Part shown: positions 9,775-20,003 of the stretch, piece after piece
How positions within the stretch are numbered: position 1 is the first letter of the stretch
How the letters are laid out: the number at the start of each line of letters is the position of its first letter
Assembly: GCA_964536295.1 (NCBI GenBank)
Contig: CAZHVX010000002.1
Location: 1 to 42,669, forward strand
DNA length: 42,669 nt
Direction of reading: 5' to 3'
Source: an uncultured Pseudomonadota bacterium
GTDB lineage: Bacteria; UBA10199; CAZHVX01
Program-made: the position numbers and the translations under genes
Notes under the pieces: generated by a model
The model's input: only the letters and a program-made list of their open reading frames with translations
What the model was told of the DNA's origin: nothing
The model's database searches: none

Positions 9775-10961
9775 AGTATTTTATTTAATTGGGAGGCAAC
9801 CTTAGTTCCCAATTCAACACATCTGAAAAGGTCTTCATCTCTTGGAACATATTTCACGCTAACAGTATCACTGATAATTTTCACCTTCATGCTCTCAAGT
9901 TCTTTTTGAAGCAACTGTGTCGCCTCACCTCCCCATCCATATGAACCAAATGCGGCGCCGATAAGATTTTTAAACCTTAGTCCCTTGATGTAGGTTAAAA
10001 GATCTGCAACTGTTGGAAACATTTGATTATTGATAGTTGGAGATCCCACAATGAAGGCGCCTGCATCGATTAGCTCCGTGGCAACGTCACTTCTGTGGTT
10101 CTTTGATAGTGACATAACGACAGCTTCTGCGCCCTTTGACTTTAATCCGTCGGCAATCGCCACGGCCATCTTTGATGTACTCTGCCACATTGTATCGTAG
10201 GTTATAACTGCCTTTTTCTCTGGTCTTTGTTCAGACCACTTTGAATAAAAACCAACAACCTTACCAAAATCTTTTCTCCAAACTGGCCCATGATCAGGCG
10301 CAACCAACTTGGGTTTCAATTTCAATTCTCCAACTCTGTTGATGAGTTTTTGAACAAAACTGGAATATGGAGTTAAAATATTAGCATAGTACTTTTTTAA
10401 TTCGTATTCCATTACCTGCCAATCAAGCTGGTCATCAAAACGCTCATCAGAGGCCAAATGCATCCCAAATCCATCCTGTGAAAATAAGATATCGTCACCA
10501 TGCAGATATGAAATCATACTATCCGGCCAATGAAGCATTTTTGTCTCAAAAAAGGTAAATTTATTACTTCCCAGGCTGACAGTCTCTCCATCAGACACGG
10601 CCGTTATCTCATCTGCAAAGTGAAAATGGTCATTTAGTGCCTCAACGCCTTTTTTTGAGGCGAATATCTTCTCCGGATTTATTTCTTTAATAATATCTGG
10701 CAGACAACCTGAGTGATCCATCTCGGCATGATTTGAAATGATGTAGTCTATTTTTTGGGGATCGATAACTGATGATATGCGGGTCAATAACTCGTCCTTG
10801 AATTGGGCCTTGACCGTATCTATAAGTGTTATTTTGTCATCCAGCACCAAATAGGCATTGTATGATGTTCCACGACCCGTGGCATACCCATGAAAGTCAC
10901 GCAGCTGCCAATCAATGGCCCCAACCCAATATACTTTATCGGAAATCTTTTGTGCCTTCAT
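9771..10961 (-). CDS. fprA: Flavodiiron protein (FprA/Roo, O2/NO reductase)
   Basis: GTSYNAYL, NHAEMDHSG, LHWPDS, SQDGFG, PDHG; flavodoxin domain YDTMWQST/GSPT/GSYGWGG. Confidence 0.95.
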   Translation of the reverse strand: MKAQKISDKVYWVGAIDWQLRDFHGYATGRGTSYNAYLVLDDKITLIDTVKAQFKDELLTRISSVIDPQKIDYIISNHAEMDHSGCLPDIIKEINPEKIFASKKGVEALNDHFHFADEITAVSDGETVSLGSNKFTFFETKMLHWPDSMISYLHGDDILFSQDGFGMHLASDERFDDQLDWQVMEYELKKYYANILTPYSSFVQKLINRVGELKLKPKLVAPDHGPVWRKDFGKVVGFYSKWSEQRPEKKAVITYDTMWQSTSKMAVAIADGLKSKGAEAVVMSLSKNHRSDVATELIDAGAFIVGSPTINNQMFPTVADLLTYIKGLRFKNLIGAAFGSYGWGGEATQLLQKELESMKVKIISDTVSVKYVPRDEDLFRCVELGTKVASQLNKIL

Positions 10962-10962
10962 T

Positions 10963-11127
10963 TTACTCTTCTATTTTTTCAAAATCTTCCTTGCCGGCAC
11001 CGCATTCCGGACATACCCAATCATCGGGAAGATCTTCAAAACTTGTTCCTGGCTCGACACCATTATCTGAATCACCGACCGCTGGATCGTAGACCCAATC
11101 GCAAATGGTACACTTATATTTTTCCAT
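10963..11127 (-). CDS. rub: Rubredoxin (54 aa, absent from the ORF track)
   Basis: Manual translation [54 protein letters not shown]. Confidence 0.97.
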   Translation of the reverse strand: MEKYKCTICDWVYDPAVGDSDNGVEPGTSFEDLPDDWVCPECGAGKEDFEKIEE

Positions 11128-11129
11128 AC

Positions 11130-11639
11130 TTACTCCTTTTTCTTTAATGTTTTTCTATATTCATTATAAGTAAATGGCTCCCCCGACTCCTTAAAACCGG
11201 CTCTGTCCACATCGGCAATAAACATTGTATGTGTATCCAAGTCAATAGTATTGCTGACGTGGCACTCATAAAAGGCCTTGGCCTCAGGTAAGATTGGTGA
11301 ACCATTTTCCCCTAACTCAAAGGCAATATCTGCAAATTTATCAACATTTCTACCACTCTGAAAGCCGAAATGTTTGACAGTATCAATATGACCAGGAGCT
11401 TCCTTGTCGATTACACTTATCGCACCAATCTTTGATTCTAGAATCATTTCATGAGTCAAACTTTTCTTGCGCACGCAAAAAGCCACTCTAGGTGGCGCAT
11501 TGGTCACCTGCATCAATGCGTCAATACATTGGCCATTGAGTTTATCTTCACTCACCGTCGTTAATATGTAAAGGCCGTGTGTAATCTGAAACAAAAATCG
11601 ATTTACTTCCGCTTCATTTGTTGAAATTGTGTGGTTCAT
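11130..11639 (-). CDS. Flavin reductase family protein
   Basis: [37 protein letters not shown]. Confidence 0.92.
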   Translation of the reverse strand: MNHTISTNEAEVNRFLFQITHGLYILTTVSEDKLNGQCIDALMQVTNAPPRVAFCVRKKSLTHEMILESKIGAISVIDKEAPGHIDTVKHFGFQSGRNVDKFADIAFELGENGSPILPEAKAFYECHVSNTIDLDTHTMFIADVDRAGFKESGEPFTYNEYRKTLKKKE

Positions 11640-11651
11640 TTGAATGCCCCT

Positions 11652-12029
11652 TTACGACTTCCAAAGGCCGTGAAGGTTACAATATTCTCTTATTGTAAAC
11701 TTTTCTCCTTTGGCGCAGAAGTGAGCCTCCGGCTTGTCGCCTGGCTTTAAGAATTTACGATAAGCCTTACCCTCCGCTGTTATAAGCTCAATCCACTCTA
11801 TATAATGTTTTTCTTCCATTGGATGTGCAACGCTTCCGACTTTCACAACTATACCGTACTCCGCCTTATCGTAGACCGGAACATGCTTTTCCTTTGCCGC
11901 ATCAACTGTATTTTCCTCGAAGAGCTTCATTGGCTGGTTGCAACAAACCAGTTCTCCGGCACCATCATGTACCATCTCGACTATGTTTCCGCAAACCTCA
12001 CATTTGTAAATTTCTAGTTTTTTTGTCAT
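11652..12029 (-). CDS. dfx: Desulfoferrodoxin (superoxide reductase)
   Basis: [34 protein letters not shown]; start moved to ATG 12029 after GGAGG. Confidence 0.96.
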   Translation of the reverse strand: MTKKLEIYKCEVCGNIVEMVHDGAGELVCCNQPMKLFEENTVDAAKEKHVPVYDKAEYGIVVKVGSVAHPMEEKHYIEWIELITAEGKAYRKFLKPGDKPEAHFCAKGEKFTIREYCNLHGLWKS

Positions 12030-12041
12030 TGTTTTCCTCCC

Positions 12042-12138
12042 TTGCAACCGCAGATGTCGCAGATTAAAGCAGATGTCGCAGATACTATTATAATATATCG
12101 GCGTAATCAGCTCTTATCTGCGTAATCTGCGGTTGCAA
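12042..12138. repeat. 9-nt periodic palindromic element (GCAGAT/ATCTGC units) between rbr and dfx
   Basis: Perfect 14-bp outer arms TTGCAACCGCAGAT / ATCTGCGGTTGCAA; four GCAGAT units. Confidence 0.85.
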
Positions 12139-12140
12139 TG

Positions 12141-12713
12141 TTACCAATTTTCACCCAACAACTCAAAATATGCCCTTGGATGCATACACGCTGGACATTT
12201 ATCAGGAGACTCAAACCCTTTATGCAAGTAACCACAGTTTCTGCAACGCCACACAGCCTCTTTTTCACGCTTGAAAACAATTCCCCTTTCGATATTTGCA
12301 GCCAGATCCTTATATCTTTTTTCATGCTGTTTTTCAGCATTAGCTATTGCCTCAAAAACATCCGCGATCTCACCAAAACCTTCTTCGCGAGCAATCTTTG
12401 CAAATCCCGGATACATATCTGTCCATTCATGATTTTCGCCGGCTGCTGACGCCGTTAGATTTTCTAACGTTGTTCCAATTTTTCCAGCAGGGAAAAAAGT
12501 CTTAATCTCTACATCTCCGCCCTGTAGAAACTTAAAAAGTCTTTTTGCGTGCTCTTTTTCCTGATTTGCCGTTTCCTCAAAAATTGCTTGAATCTGAACA
12601 TAACCATCCTTGTTGGCCTGTGATGCAAAATATGTATAGCGATTTCTGGCCTGTGATTCACCGGCAAATGCCGTTAATAAATTTTTTTCTGTCTGTGATC
12701 CCTTCAAATTCAT
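12141..12713 (-). CDS. rbr: Rubrerythrin
   Basis: [39 protein letters not shown]; start moved to ATG 12713 after AAGGAG. Confidence 0.96.
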   Translation of the reverse strand: MNLKGSQTEKNLLTAFAGESQARNRYTYFASQANKDGYVQIQAIFEETANQEKEHAKRLFKFLQGGDVEIKTFFPAGKIGTTLENLTASAAGENHEWTDMYPGFAKIAREEGFGEIADVFEAIANAEKQHEKRYKDLAANIERGIVFKREKEAVWRCRNCGYLHKGFESPDKCPACMHPRAYFELLGENW

Positions 12714-12758
12714 ATCTTCTCCTTTAAATATTTTCTGTTGGTCGTGAACGGTAGACCC

Positions 12759-12800
12759 ATTATAGTTTTTTTGCAAGTTAAAGATTTGACTTAAGTCAAA
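12759..12800 (-). promoter_or_regulatory. Crp/Fnr box TTTGAC-TTAA-GTCAAA (12785-12800) with -10 TATAAT (12764-12759) for the rbr operon
   Basis: Perfect 16-bp palindrome, same core as the 9092 site, class II spacing to a consensus -10. Confidence 0.75.
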
Positions 12801-12823
12801 AATTTAAAAACCCTATCTAATCG

Positions 12824-13591
12824 TTATAAATCACTTAAGGCCATATCGTCCCGTATACCAAACCTAGTCAATGCAAAATCATATTTTATTGGGTCGTCCG
12901 GATTGATCCTTGCAAAATTGGATGAAACCTCGATCGCGGTTTTAAGATTCGCCTGTTTTCTATTTGTCAAACCAAACTTGAGCGAGATTTTATGCATATG
13001 CGTATCAAGGGGGACAATAAGTTTCGATTTTGGAATTCCACTCCAACAACCAGGATCTACATCATCGGAGCGCACCATCCATCTTAAGTAAAGATTCAAT
13101 CTCTTACACGCACTTCCTCTTTCTGGATGTGGCAATAAATAAACCTTTTCATTTCCAGCAAACGCCTCTACAAACTTAATCATTGCCGGGATCACATTTT
13201 CATCACCATCATTATAACCATGTAGAAAACATTTATTTAAGGAACCGTGCCTTTGAATATTATTTTTTACATTTATCAATAACTGGACGATATCATAATC
13301 GGTTGTAAACCGATGTTTAAAACCGACAAACATTTCATGCAAATATTGATCTTTTGTATTTAGAAGAAATTCCTTGGGGGAGCCCCCTAGTTTATCAAGA
13401 ACAAATGAGGCGCTTTTCAAAATCTGCAAAACCCTACCATAGGCCAATGAAGATGCAATCAGACCAACAACCTCAAGATCCTCATTAGAATCGTATTTAT
13501 GCAAAAACTCCAATGGATCGGGATGGATCAATTCTCGCTTGTTATAACGATGATATAAGTTGTCCAGTGTATGTCTATTGAACTTTGGCAT
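12824..13591 (-). CDS. TIGR02757/DUF2400 family protein
   Basis: DPL, LAYGRV, FKHRF, SACKRLNLYLRWMVR, PLDTH, DPIKYDFAL. Confidence 0.9.
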   Translation of the reverse strand: MPKFNRHTLDNLYHRYNKRELIHPDPLEFLHKYDSNEDLEVVGLIASSLAYGRVLQILKSASFVLDKLGGSPKEFLLNTKDQYLHEMFVGFKHRFTTDYDIVQLLINVKNNIQRHGSLNKCFLHGYNDGDENVIPAMIKFVEAFAGNEKVYLLPHPERGSACKRLNLYLRWMVRSDDVDPGCWSGIPKSKLIVPLDTHMHKISLKFGLTNRKQANLKTAIEVSSNFARINPDDPIKYDFALTRFGIRDDMALSDL

Positions 13592-13603
13592 TATTACGCT
13601 TAT

Positions 13604-13732
13604 TTAAGGAACCTCTGAAAAACTCAATATAAGCAACTATCGTGTCATCGCGCTTGCCTCGCCGAAGCCTTGGCGTAGGCGGGAGGCGCGATGACATGCA
13701 AGGTGAAAATCAATTTTTAAGAGGGTCCTTAA
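13604..13732. mobile_element. MITE-like element with 19-bp imperfect TIRs, enclosing a TGTCAT...ATGACA REP with a nested CCTCGCC REP
   Basis: TTAAGGAACCTCTGAAAAA (13604-13622) vs TTTTTAAGAGGGTCCTTAA (13714-13732), 17/19 complementary; inner element 13643-13696. Confidence 0.65.
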
Positions 13733-14027
13733 TTACTTCCTTTGTCTTTAACTCTTTTATGTATTTTTCAGGGTCCTTCAAAAACATATCTGCACAACCT
13801 GCACAGCAAAGTCCATATCTTTTCCCCTTATAGACAACAAAGTCTTGACCATTGACTGAGCCACCTAAAACTGGACAGACTTTATTATTAACATCAACGA
13901 CATCTTCGCTCGTTGACATCTCCATCTTTTTCATCTCTCCATGTTTGTGTTGCATCTCATCTGCAAATAGATATCCACCACTAGTTATCATTGCTAAAAT
14001 AAATGATAAGCAAAGTAACTTTTTCAT
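13710..14027 (-). CDS. Exported YHS-domain (metal-binding) protein
   Basis: Signal peptide, Met/His-rich stretch, NKVCPVLG...YKGKRYGLCCAGC...F.KDPEKY. Confidence 0.85.
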   Translation of the reverse strand: MKKLLCLSFILAMITSGGYLFADEMQHKHGEMKKMEMSTSEDVVDVNNKVCPVLGGSVNGQDFVVYKGKRYGLCCAGCADMFLKDPEKYIKELKTKEVIKDPLKN

Positions 14028-14069
14028 AACATATCACCTTTCTTGTTGGTTATTTTTGGATAATTCATT

Positions 14070-17000
14070 TTAATCTCTACTCATAGTTTGTTGTGATTTT
14101 TTAAGTTCCCTTTCTTTCAACCAGGAATAGATTACGGGCACCAATATCAGATTGGAAAGCGTAGCCGTAATCAGCCCCCCTACGGTTGGCGAAGCCATCG
14201 GTTTCATGATTTCAGAGCCAGTGCCAGTAGCGAACATAACGGGAAGCAATGCAATAATGGTGGTTGTCGTTGTCATCATGGCAGGCCTAACCCTTAAAAG
14301 GCCGCCTTCAATTATGGTCCCTCGAATATCAGCTACTGTCTTTGGGACTTTGGTTTTAAATAGATCATCCAGACATGAGAGCAATACGACAGCATTGTCT
14401 GTCGCTACCCCAAATAGGGCAATAAAACCGACCCAGACTGCAGTCGAAAACCGAAAATCGAGAAAAAATAGCAATATTACACCTCCCATGAGAGATACCG
14501 GAATTCCGGATGCAAGGATAAGAAGGCTACTGAATTTTTTAAATGCCATATAGAGCAACATCATTATAACAAATAGACATATCATTAACGATGGCACGAG
14601 ACGTTTGCGAGATTCCATCTCCGATTCAAATTGACCGGACCATGAAATAAAATATCCCTGTGGCAACACCAGTTCACCACTATCTATCTTTTCCTGGACA
14701 GCCTTTTGCGCATTCTCAACAAAATCGATCAGCCCAATTTTATCCTGGTTTACATTTACGAATATTCTTGCATATGTCAGCGTGTTTTCAGAATTGATAA
14801 CAGCAGGCCCTGGAACCTTTTTCAATGTTGCTATTTGTGTAAGAGGTATATGTTCTCCCTTAGGAGTTGGCACAAATATTCGTTTAAGTGCATCGGGGCT
14901 GTCACGAAGTTCCCTTAGATACCTGACGCGAACAGGATAACGCTCTCGTCCCTCAACAGTAGTGGTGATATTCATGCCCCCGATGGCCGTCATAATAACG
15001 TGCTGGATGTCGCCTACTTTAATACCGTAACGGGCGGCCTGTTCCCTGTCTATTTCTATCTCAAAATATGGTCTATTTGAAATACGCTCAGCATAGGGAC
15101 TAACCGCCCCTTCCACGTTAGCCACAACCTTTTCTATATCAATTGCAATCTCCACAATTTTATCCAAATCGGGGCCAAATACTTTAATCCCCACCGGTGT
15201 CTGGATACCCGTTGCCAGCATGTCGATCCTATTCCGTATCGGCTGCGTCATGATGGGACTGACTCCCGGCATCCTTGTTTTCTCCTGAATCTCTTGAATA
15301 AGCTTTTCTCGCGTCATCCCTTTACGCCAATATTTTTTATCTTTAAGATGTATGATTGACTCTATCATAACAACCGGTGCCGGGTCTGTTGCAGTCTCTG
15401 CCCTTCCAAGCTTACCGACAACCCATTCAACCTCAGGGATATCATTTTTGATAATGATGTCTTGTTTCTTCATGACATCCATGACTTGCGTCAACGATGC
15501 GCCGGGCAAAAGAACGGGCATAAAAAGAAGATCGCCTTCATTAAGTGGTGGCATAAACTCCTGTTTCATAAAAGATGCGCAGAGCAGGCCTGTAAAAAGC
15601 AGCGAGATGGACATTATAACAACGAGCAGCTTATGTTTAAGTGACCAAAGAATTGCCGGTTTATAAACCTTATACAGAGCACGCGCTGTGCGATTTTCCT
15701 CCACCGGTCTCAGTCGGCCCTTGAGAAAATAATAACAGAGCGTTGGAAGAAGAGTCAGCGCAATGATAGCGGCTCCGGCCATAGCAAATGTCTTAGTAAA
15801 GGCGAGTGGTCTGAAGAGTTTGCCGGCCTGTCCTGTCAAAACAAAAACCGGAATGAAACCAACAATAGTAGTCAGAAGGGCAAAGAGAACCGGCTTTCCA
15901 ACCTCCTGTGCACCCTTTACGCAAGTTATTAACCTTTCATCTTGTGACAACCTGTCTGTTTTTAATTCTTTTTGTCTTGTCACAAGCCGACGGTAGATAT
16001 TTTCAACAAGGACACACCCCGAATCGACCATAACACCGATAGCAATAGCTATTCCACCTAGAGACATTATATTTGCATCTACTCCGATGAGACGCATTAG
16101 AATAAAAGCAATAAGTACGCCGATAGGAAGGACGAGAGAAATGACTACACTCCCAAGAAAATGCAAAAGAAACACTGCTATGACAAAAACTGTAATAATA
16201 ACTTCTTCAATGAGGGCACTTTTTAAGGTCCCTATAGATCTCATTATCAAGCCGGTTCTATCATAAAACGGAACGATCTTCACTCCGGGAGGCAGGCCCA
16301 CAGACAGCTCCTCAATCTTATGTTTTAGACGTTCTGTAACTTTTAGGGGATTTTCTCCATAACGCATAAGGATAACACCGCCTGTAACTTCTTTACCTGC
16401 CTTATCCAGAGCGCCTCTGCGAAAATCGGGCCCAATCGTAACAACCGCAAGATTTTTAACATAGATAGGAATTCCGTTCTTCACATCTACTACTATATTT
16501 TCAATATCAGCTGTATTTTTGATAAATCCGAGGCCCCTGATGACAAATTCCGCCCCCCCCTCCTCAAAAACCTTCGCGCCCACATCTATGTTGGATTGCT
16601 GAACGGCGCCAATCACTTCGTGAATTTTCACATCGTGAGCCAAAAGCTTGTTCGGATCTACATCTATCTGGTATTGCTTGACATAACCACCGACTGAGGC
16701 CACTTCTGAAACACCTTCTACAGCGGTCAACTGATATCGGACATACCAATCCTGAATAGAACGGAGCTCCGCAAGATCATACCCCTCGCCCTCCACAGTA
16801 TACCAAAATATCTGTCCTAAGGCCGTTGCGTCCGGCCCCAGGGTAACAGTGACATCTTTAGGAATATCTTTCTTTGCGAAATCCAATCTCTCGAGAACTC
16901 GAGTCCTGGCCCAATAGAAATCCGTTCCCTCCTGAAAAATCATATTGACCAGACCAAAACCAAATGCCGAAGATGAACGAACAACTTTTACCTTTGGAGT

Positions 17001-17225
17001 TCCCATTAAACCAGTGGTTAATGGATAGATAACCTGATCTTCAACATCTTTTGGACTTCGACCGGGCCAATCTGCATACACAAGGACCTGAAGCTCACCA
17101 ATATCTGGAATTGCATCTACTGGAGTTTGTTTCATTGATGAATAACCCCAGACTATAAGAAGAGCAAATGTGGCAATTACGAGAAATCGATTTTTGAGAC
17201 AAATTTCAATAATTTTATTAACCAT
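14070..17225 (-). CDS. cusA: CusA/CzcA family heavy-metal RND permease
   Basis: 1051 aa; DAIPD, DFYWARTRVLE, DATALG, ANIMSLGGIAIAIG, EFMPPLNEG, RIDMLATG, RVRPAMMT. Confidence 0.95.
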   Translation of the reverse strand: MVNKIIEICLKNRFLVIATFALLIVWGYSSMKQTPVDAIPDIGELQVLVYADWPGRSPKDVEDQVIYPLTTGLMGTPKVKVVRSSSAFGFGLVNMIFQEGTDFYWARTRVLERLDFAKKDIPKDVTVTLGPDATALGQIFWYTVEGEGYDLAELRSIQDWYVRYQLTAVEGVSEVASVGGYVKQYQIDVDPNKLLAHDVKIHEVIGAVQQSNIDVGAKVFEEGGAEFVIRGLGFIKNTADIENIVVDVKNGIPIYVKNLAVVTIGPDFRRGALDKAGKEVTGGVILMRYGENPLKVTERLKHKIEELSVGLPPGVKIVPFYDRTGLIMRSIGTLKSALIEEVIITVFVIAVFLLHFLGSVVISLVLPIGVLIAFILMRLIGVDANIMSLGGIAIAIGVMVDSGCVLVENIYRRLVTRQKELKTDRLSQDERLITCVKGAQEVGKPVLFALLTTIVGFIPVFVLTGQAGKLFRPLAFTKTFAMAGAAIIALTLLPTLCYYFLKGRLRPVEENRTARALYKVYKPAILWSLKHKLLVVIMSISLLFTGLLCASFMKQEFMPPLNEGDLLFMPVLLPGASLTQVMDVMKKQDIIIKNDIPEVEWVVGKLGRAETATDPAPVVMIESIIHLKDKKYWRKGMTREKLIQEIQEKTRMPGVSPIMTQPIRNRIDMLATGIQTPVGIKVFGPDLDKIVEIAIDIEKVVANVEGAVSPYAERISNRPYFEIEIDREQAARYGIKVGDIQHVIMTAIGGMNITTTVEGRERYPVRVRYLRELRDSPDALKRIFVPTPKGEHIPLTQIATLKKVPGPAVINSENTLTYARIFVNVNQDKIGLIDFVENAQKAVQEKIDSGELVLPQGYFISWSGQFESEMESRKRLVPSLMICLFVIMMLLYMAFKKFSSLLILASGIPVSLMGGVILLFFLDFRFSTAVWVGFIALFGVATDNAVVLLSCLDDLFKTKVPKTVADIRGTIIEGGLLRVRPAMMTTTTTIIALLPVMFATGTGSEIMKPMASPTVGGLITATLSNLILVPVIYSWLKERELKKSQQTMSRD

Positions 17226-17248
17226 AAACTACTCCATGAAATGAACGA

Positions 17249-18694
17249 TTAGTGTTGATGGACAGGTACTGTCTTTTTTTCTTCATCTACTTTATCATCA
17301 CTCTTCGCCTCTGAGCCTAACGCGCCACCATATGCTGAAGATGCAACACCTGAAAGCTGGCTCTGAGAATCAATTAGAAAATTAGCCTTCGTAACTACAA
17401 GTTCACCTTCTCGTGCCCCCCTCATAACTGGAAAGTACTGAGATGTCGCACCATTTTCTGTAACAGTAGCCTCGGGCCCAACAATAATTTCTCTTCCTTC
17501 GTAGAGCCCATTCCCTTTATCAAACCAAACTAGCTTGCGTGTTCCGGTATCAAGCACTGCATTTTTGGGAATAGCCAGAATAAGGTCTTCACCATCAGGC
17601 CCTGCAAGAGTGCTTCTAATTATCACGTCTACATACATATCAGGTTTTAATTTTAATTCGCGATTGTCTACCTCAGCCCTAAAAATTACCGACCGTGTCT
17701 TAGAATCAAACACGGGATTAATCGAAATGATAACACCTTCAAATATTTCACCAGGCATTGACGGATCCTTGACCTCCACCTTCTGGTTTGGTTTCAGCCA
17801 ACCCAGCTCATACTGGTATACGTCACCATATATCCACATAGTTTTTTCGGGTAAGATAAGGTTGGTATGAACCATGCGAGTTTTTCTTAATTTTATAATC
17901 TGATCATCGCTTAAGCCTAAAAGTTTCAGCTTCTTCTCTGAAGAATCGACCAACATCCCAGATCGCCTTTTAATCTCTTCAATGCTTCCGCCCTTTATTC
18001 CGTCATAGGCTCTGAGTGCTGATATATATTCGTCCTCTGCAACTGCCAGTTTTGGATCATAGGCAACTCTACCGACAGTACGTATTGTTTTCGAAAGATG
18101 AAGTTTCCTAACGGGTATCGTTATGGCCCCGGCAAGTTTAATCTGTTCCCCTTTTATTTTAACCCTACTGGCCACGCCCCTTAAGCTATCTGCCTCTCTT
18201 TTCGTCAATTTTTTAAGTGGCATTCCACATATTGGACATTTCATTCCAGCTACGCCCTTCATTGAAAAGACATGTTCCTCCCCCTCCATTCCACAACCAT
18301 AATAGCTATCATCGGCATTGACCTCTTCGTATACGGGAACATAATCCATACCCATCTCATCTTTGGTGGGAACACTGGAGGTTATCTCCGGATTCATGGG
18401 GTTACGATAAAAAAGCACCTTTCTTTTTGTATCACCTTTTTCCGTCTTCTCTTCTTTATACACCGGCACCAACTTCATATTGCAAATTGGACAATTAACA
18501 CTACCCTTTTCATACTCATCAGGTGAAACATTCACGCTGGGGTGCATTCCGCATGTATAATACAAAACTGTTTCTTCCTCACTACCCTGAATCATAGTTG
18601 TGGATTTGTCTGTTGTTAGAAAAAAGACAATTCCCACAGACACTAAAATCAGGGCCCCTATAACACCGACAATATAGATTTTATTTTTTGACAT
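17249..18694 (-). CDS. cusB: CusB-like RND periplasmic adaptor with N-terminal metal-binding repeats
   Basis: YTCGMHP..CPICNMKL, YRNPMNP..DEMGMDYVP, CPICGMPL, LKPDMY, FLIDSQS. Confidence 0.9.
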   Translation of the reverse strand: MSKNKIYIVGVIGALILVSVGIVFFLTTDKSTTMIQGSEEETVLYYTCGMHPSVNVSPDEYEKGSVNCPICNMKLVPVYKEEKTEKGDTKRKVLFYRNPMNPEITSSVPTKDEMGMDYVPVYEEVNADDSYYGCGMEGEEHVFSMKGVAGMKCPICGMPLKKLTKREADSLRGVASRVKIKGEQIKLAGAITIPVRKLHLSKTIRTVGRVAYDPKLAVAEDEYISALRAYDGIKGGSIEEIKRRSGMLVDSSEKKLKLLGLSDDQIIKLRKTRMVHTNLILPEKTMWIYGDVYQYELGWLKPNQKVEVKDPSMPGEIFEGVIISINPVFDSKTRSVIFRAEVDNRELKLKPDMYVDVIIRSTLAGPDGEDLILAIPKNAVLDTGTRKLVWFDKGNGLYEGREIIVGPEATVTENGATSQYFPVMRGAREGELVVTKANFLIDSQSQLSGVASSAYGGALGSEAKSDDKVDEEKKTVPVHQH

Positions 18695-18718
18695 ACTATC
18701 TCCTTATTCAATTTTTGA

Positions 18719-19984
18719 TTACAATCTCTGTCCTACCACTCTTTCCAAGCTGGCAACTGATTTTTGATAGTCTGAAATCGCCCTGTAATAGGATAACCTG
18801 GTATGTAATACCGTACGCTCAGCATCCAACCAGTTCAAAAAATCAACACTACCAGATTCGTAGCCTATTCTGGCAGCTTCGAAGGCCTGTTCTGTTTGTG
18901 GAATCAAAGCCGTTTTATGCAATTCTATAATATCCCCATATGTAAGAATTGAAAAATAGATATCATCCACCTCAGCGCGCACATCATTTCTCATATTTTC
19001 ATAATTCTTTTGGCTGGCGGCTACTAGGGCCGTTTTTTCCTTAACTTCGGCGTTAAGTTTATTAAACCATATCGGCACATTCATCGAAACGCTTCCAATT
19101 AATGCATCCTCCCCATCATTTATCATGCTGGTTTGCCCATCACTGACCAAAATATAATCAAAGCCAAATGTAAAATCCGGCACATAATTCAATTTTGCCA
19201 GCATTTTCTGATCTTCGGCCCTCGTGACACTCAAATGAGCCGCCCTAAGCTCTTGTCTTGAGCTAGAAGCTAGCTCACGAAGTTCATCAAGCGGGGTTTT
19301 CATCTTTTGAGGTTCTACATTCTCAGTTCTATTAAATGGAGCATCCGCTGACCTGTTTAATATTGCATTAATCCTTGCAACCAAGCTATTTCTACTTTCT
19401 TTAAGGATAAAAAGCTTTTCGATCAACTTAGTGATTTCAACCTGAGCCTTGATTACATCTTGTTGTGGGGTCAAATTTGACTCATATTTTCTTTTCGCAA
19501 TCTTTTCGAGACTTGTTAAAATAAGTTTTTCTTCTTCTGTTATCTGGATTGCCTTATCGACCCAATAAAGTTCATAATACAAATTTTTCAGATTCAAAAT
19601 AACACCCATTTTAGCGGCATCATATTTCTCTTTATATATACTGGCATTTTTTGACTGCATTTTTCCCTGATATACTAACTTTGCTGGAAAGGGCACCTTT
19701 AGAGAGGCCCCAAACTTATGCTTTTGCGGACCAACCCTGGTCTCTACACTTTTGCCAAAATATCCATAATGAACCACTGGATCGGGCAAGGCTCTAACCT
19801 GACTAACCTTATTTTCTTCGGCGACCCATAGATTTTGACTTGCTAAAATCTGCGAATTTTTTTGGGTAGCTTCGTTTATCAGATCCTCAAGCTTTTCAAT
19901 CCTGGTAGACTTGGCATATGCGTTTTGAGCACCAAGAAATACCAACAACATAATGATTATTAGTGATTGCTTCTTAAAAAACAT
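18719..19984 (-). CDS. TolC family outer-membrane efflux protein
   Basis: Signal peptide, ALPDP, PFPAKL, YESGSVDFLNWLDAE; position in the cus operon. Confidence 0.92.
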   Translation of the reverse strand: MFFKKQSLIIIMLLVFLGAQNAYAKSTRIEKLEDLINEATQKNSQILASQNLWVAEENKVSQVRALPDPVVHYGYFGKSVETRVGPQKHKFGASLKVPFPAKLVYQGKMQSKNASIYKEKYDAAKMGVILNLKNLYYELYWVDKAIQITEEEKLILTSLEKIAKRKYESNLTPQQDVIKAQVEITKLIEKLFILKESRNSLVARINAILNRSADAPFNRTENVEPQKMKTPLDELRELASSSRQELRAAHLSVTRAEDQKMLAKLNYVPDFTFGFDYILVSDGQTSMINDGEDALIGSVSMNVPIWFNKLNAEVKEKTALVAASQKNYENMRNDVRAEVDDIYFSILTYGDIIELHKTALIPQTEQAFEAARIGYESGSVDFLNWLDAERTVLHTRLSYYRAISDYQKSVASLERVVGQRL

Positions 19985-20003
19985 AGGGTCACCTCTTAAA
20001 ATA

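Noticed and set aside
16553-16560. C8 homopolymer in cusA as a phase-variation tract
   Set aside because: Short, in frame, and encodes an ordinary Glu-Gly-Gly segment; no further support
14152-18526. Numerous antisense and nested ORFs within cusA/cusB and other long genes
   Set aside because: Shadow ORFs of well-supported genes with no motifs or RBS
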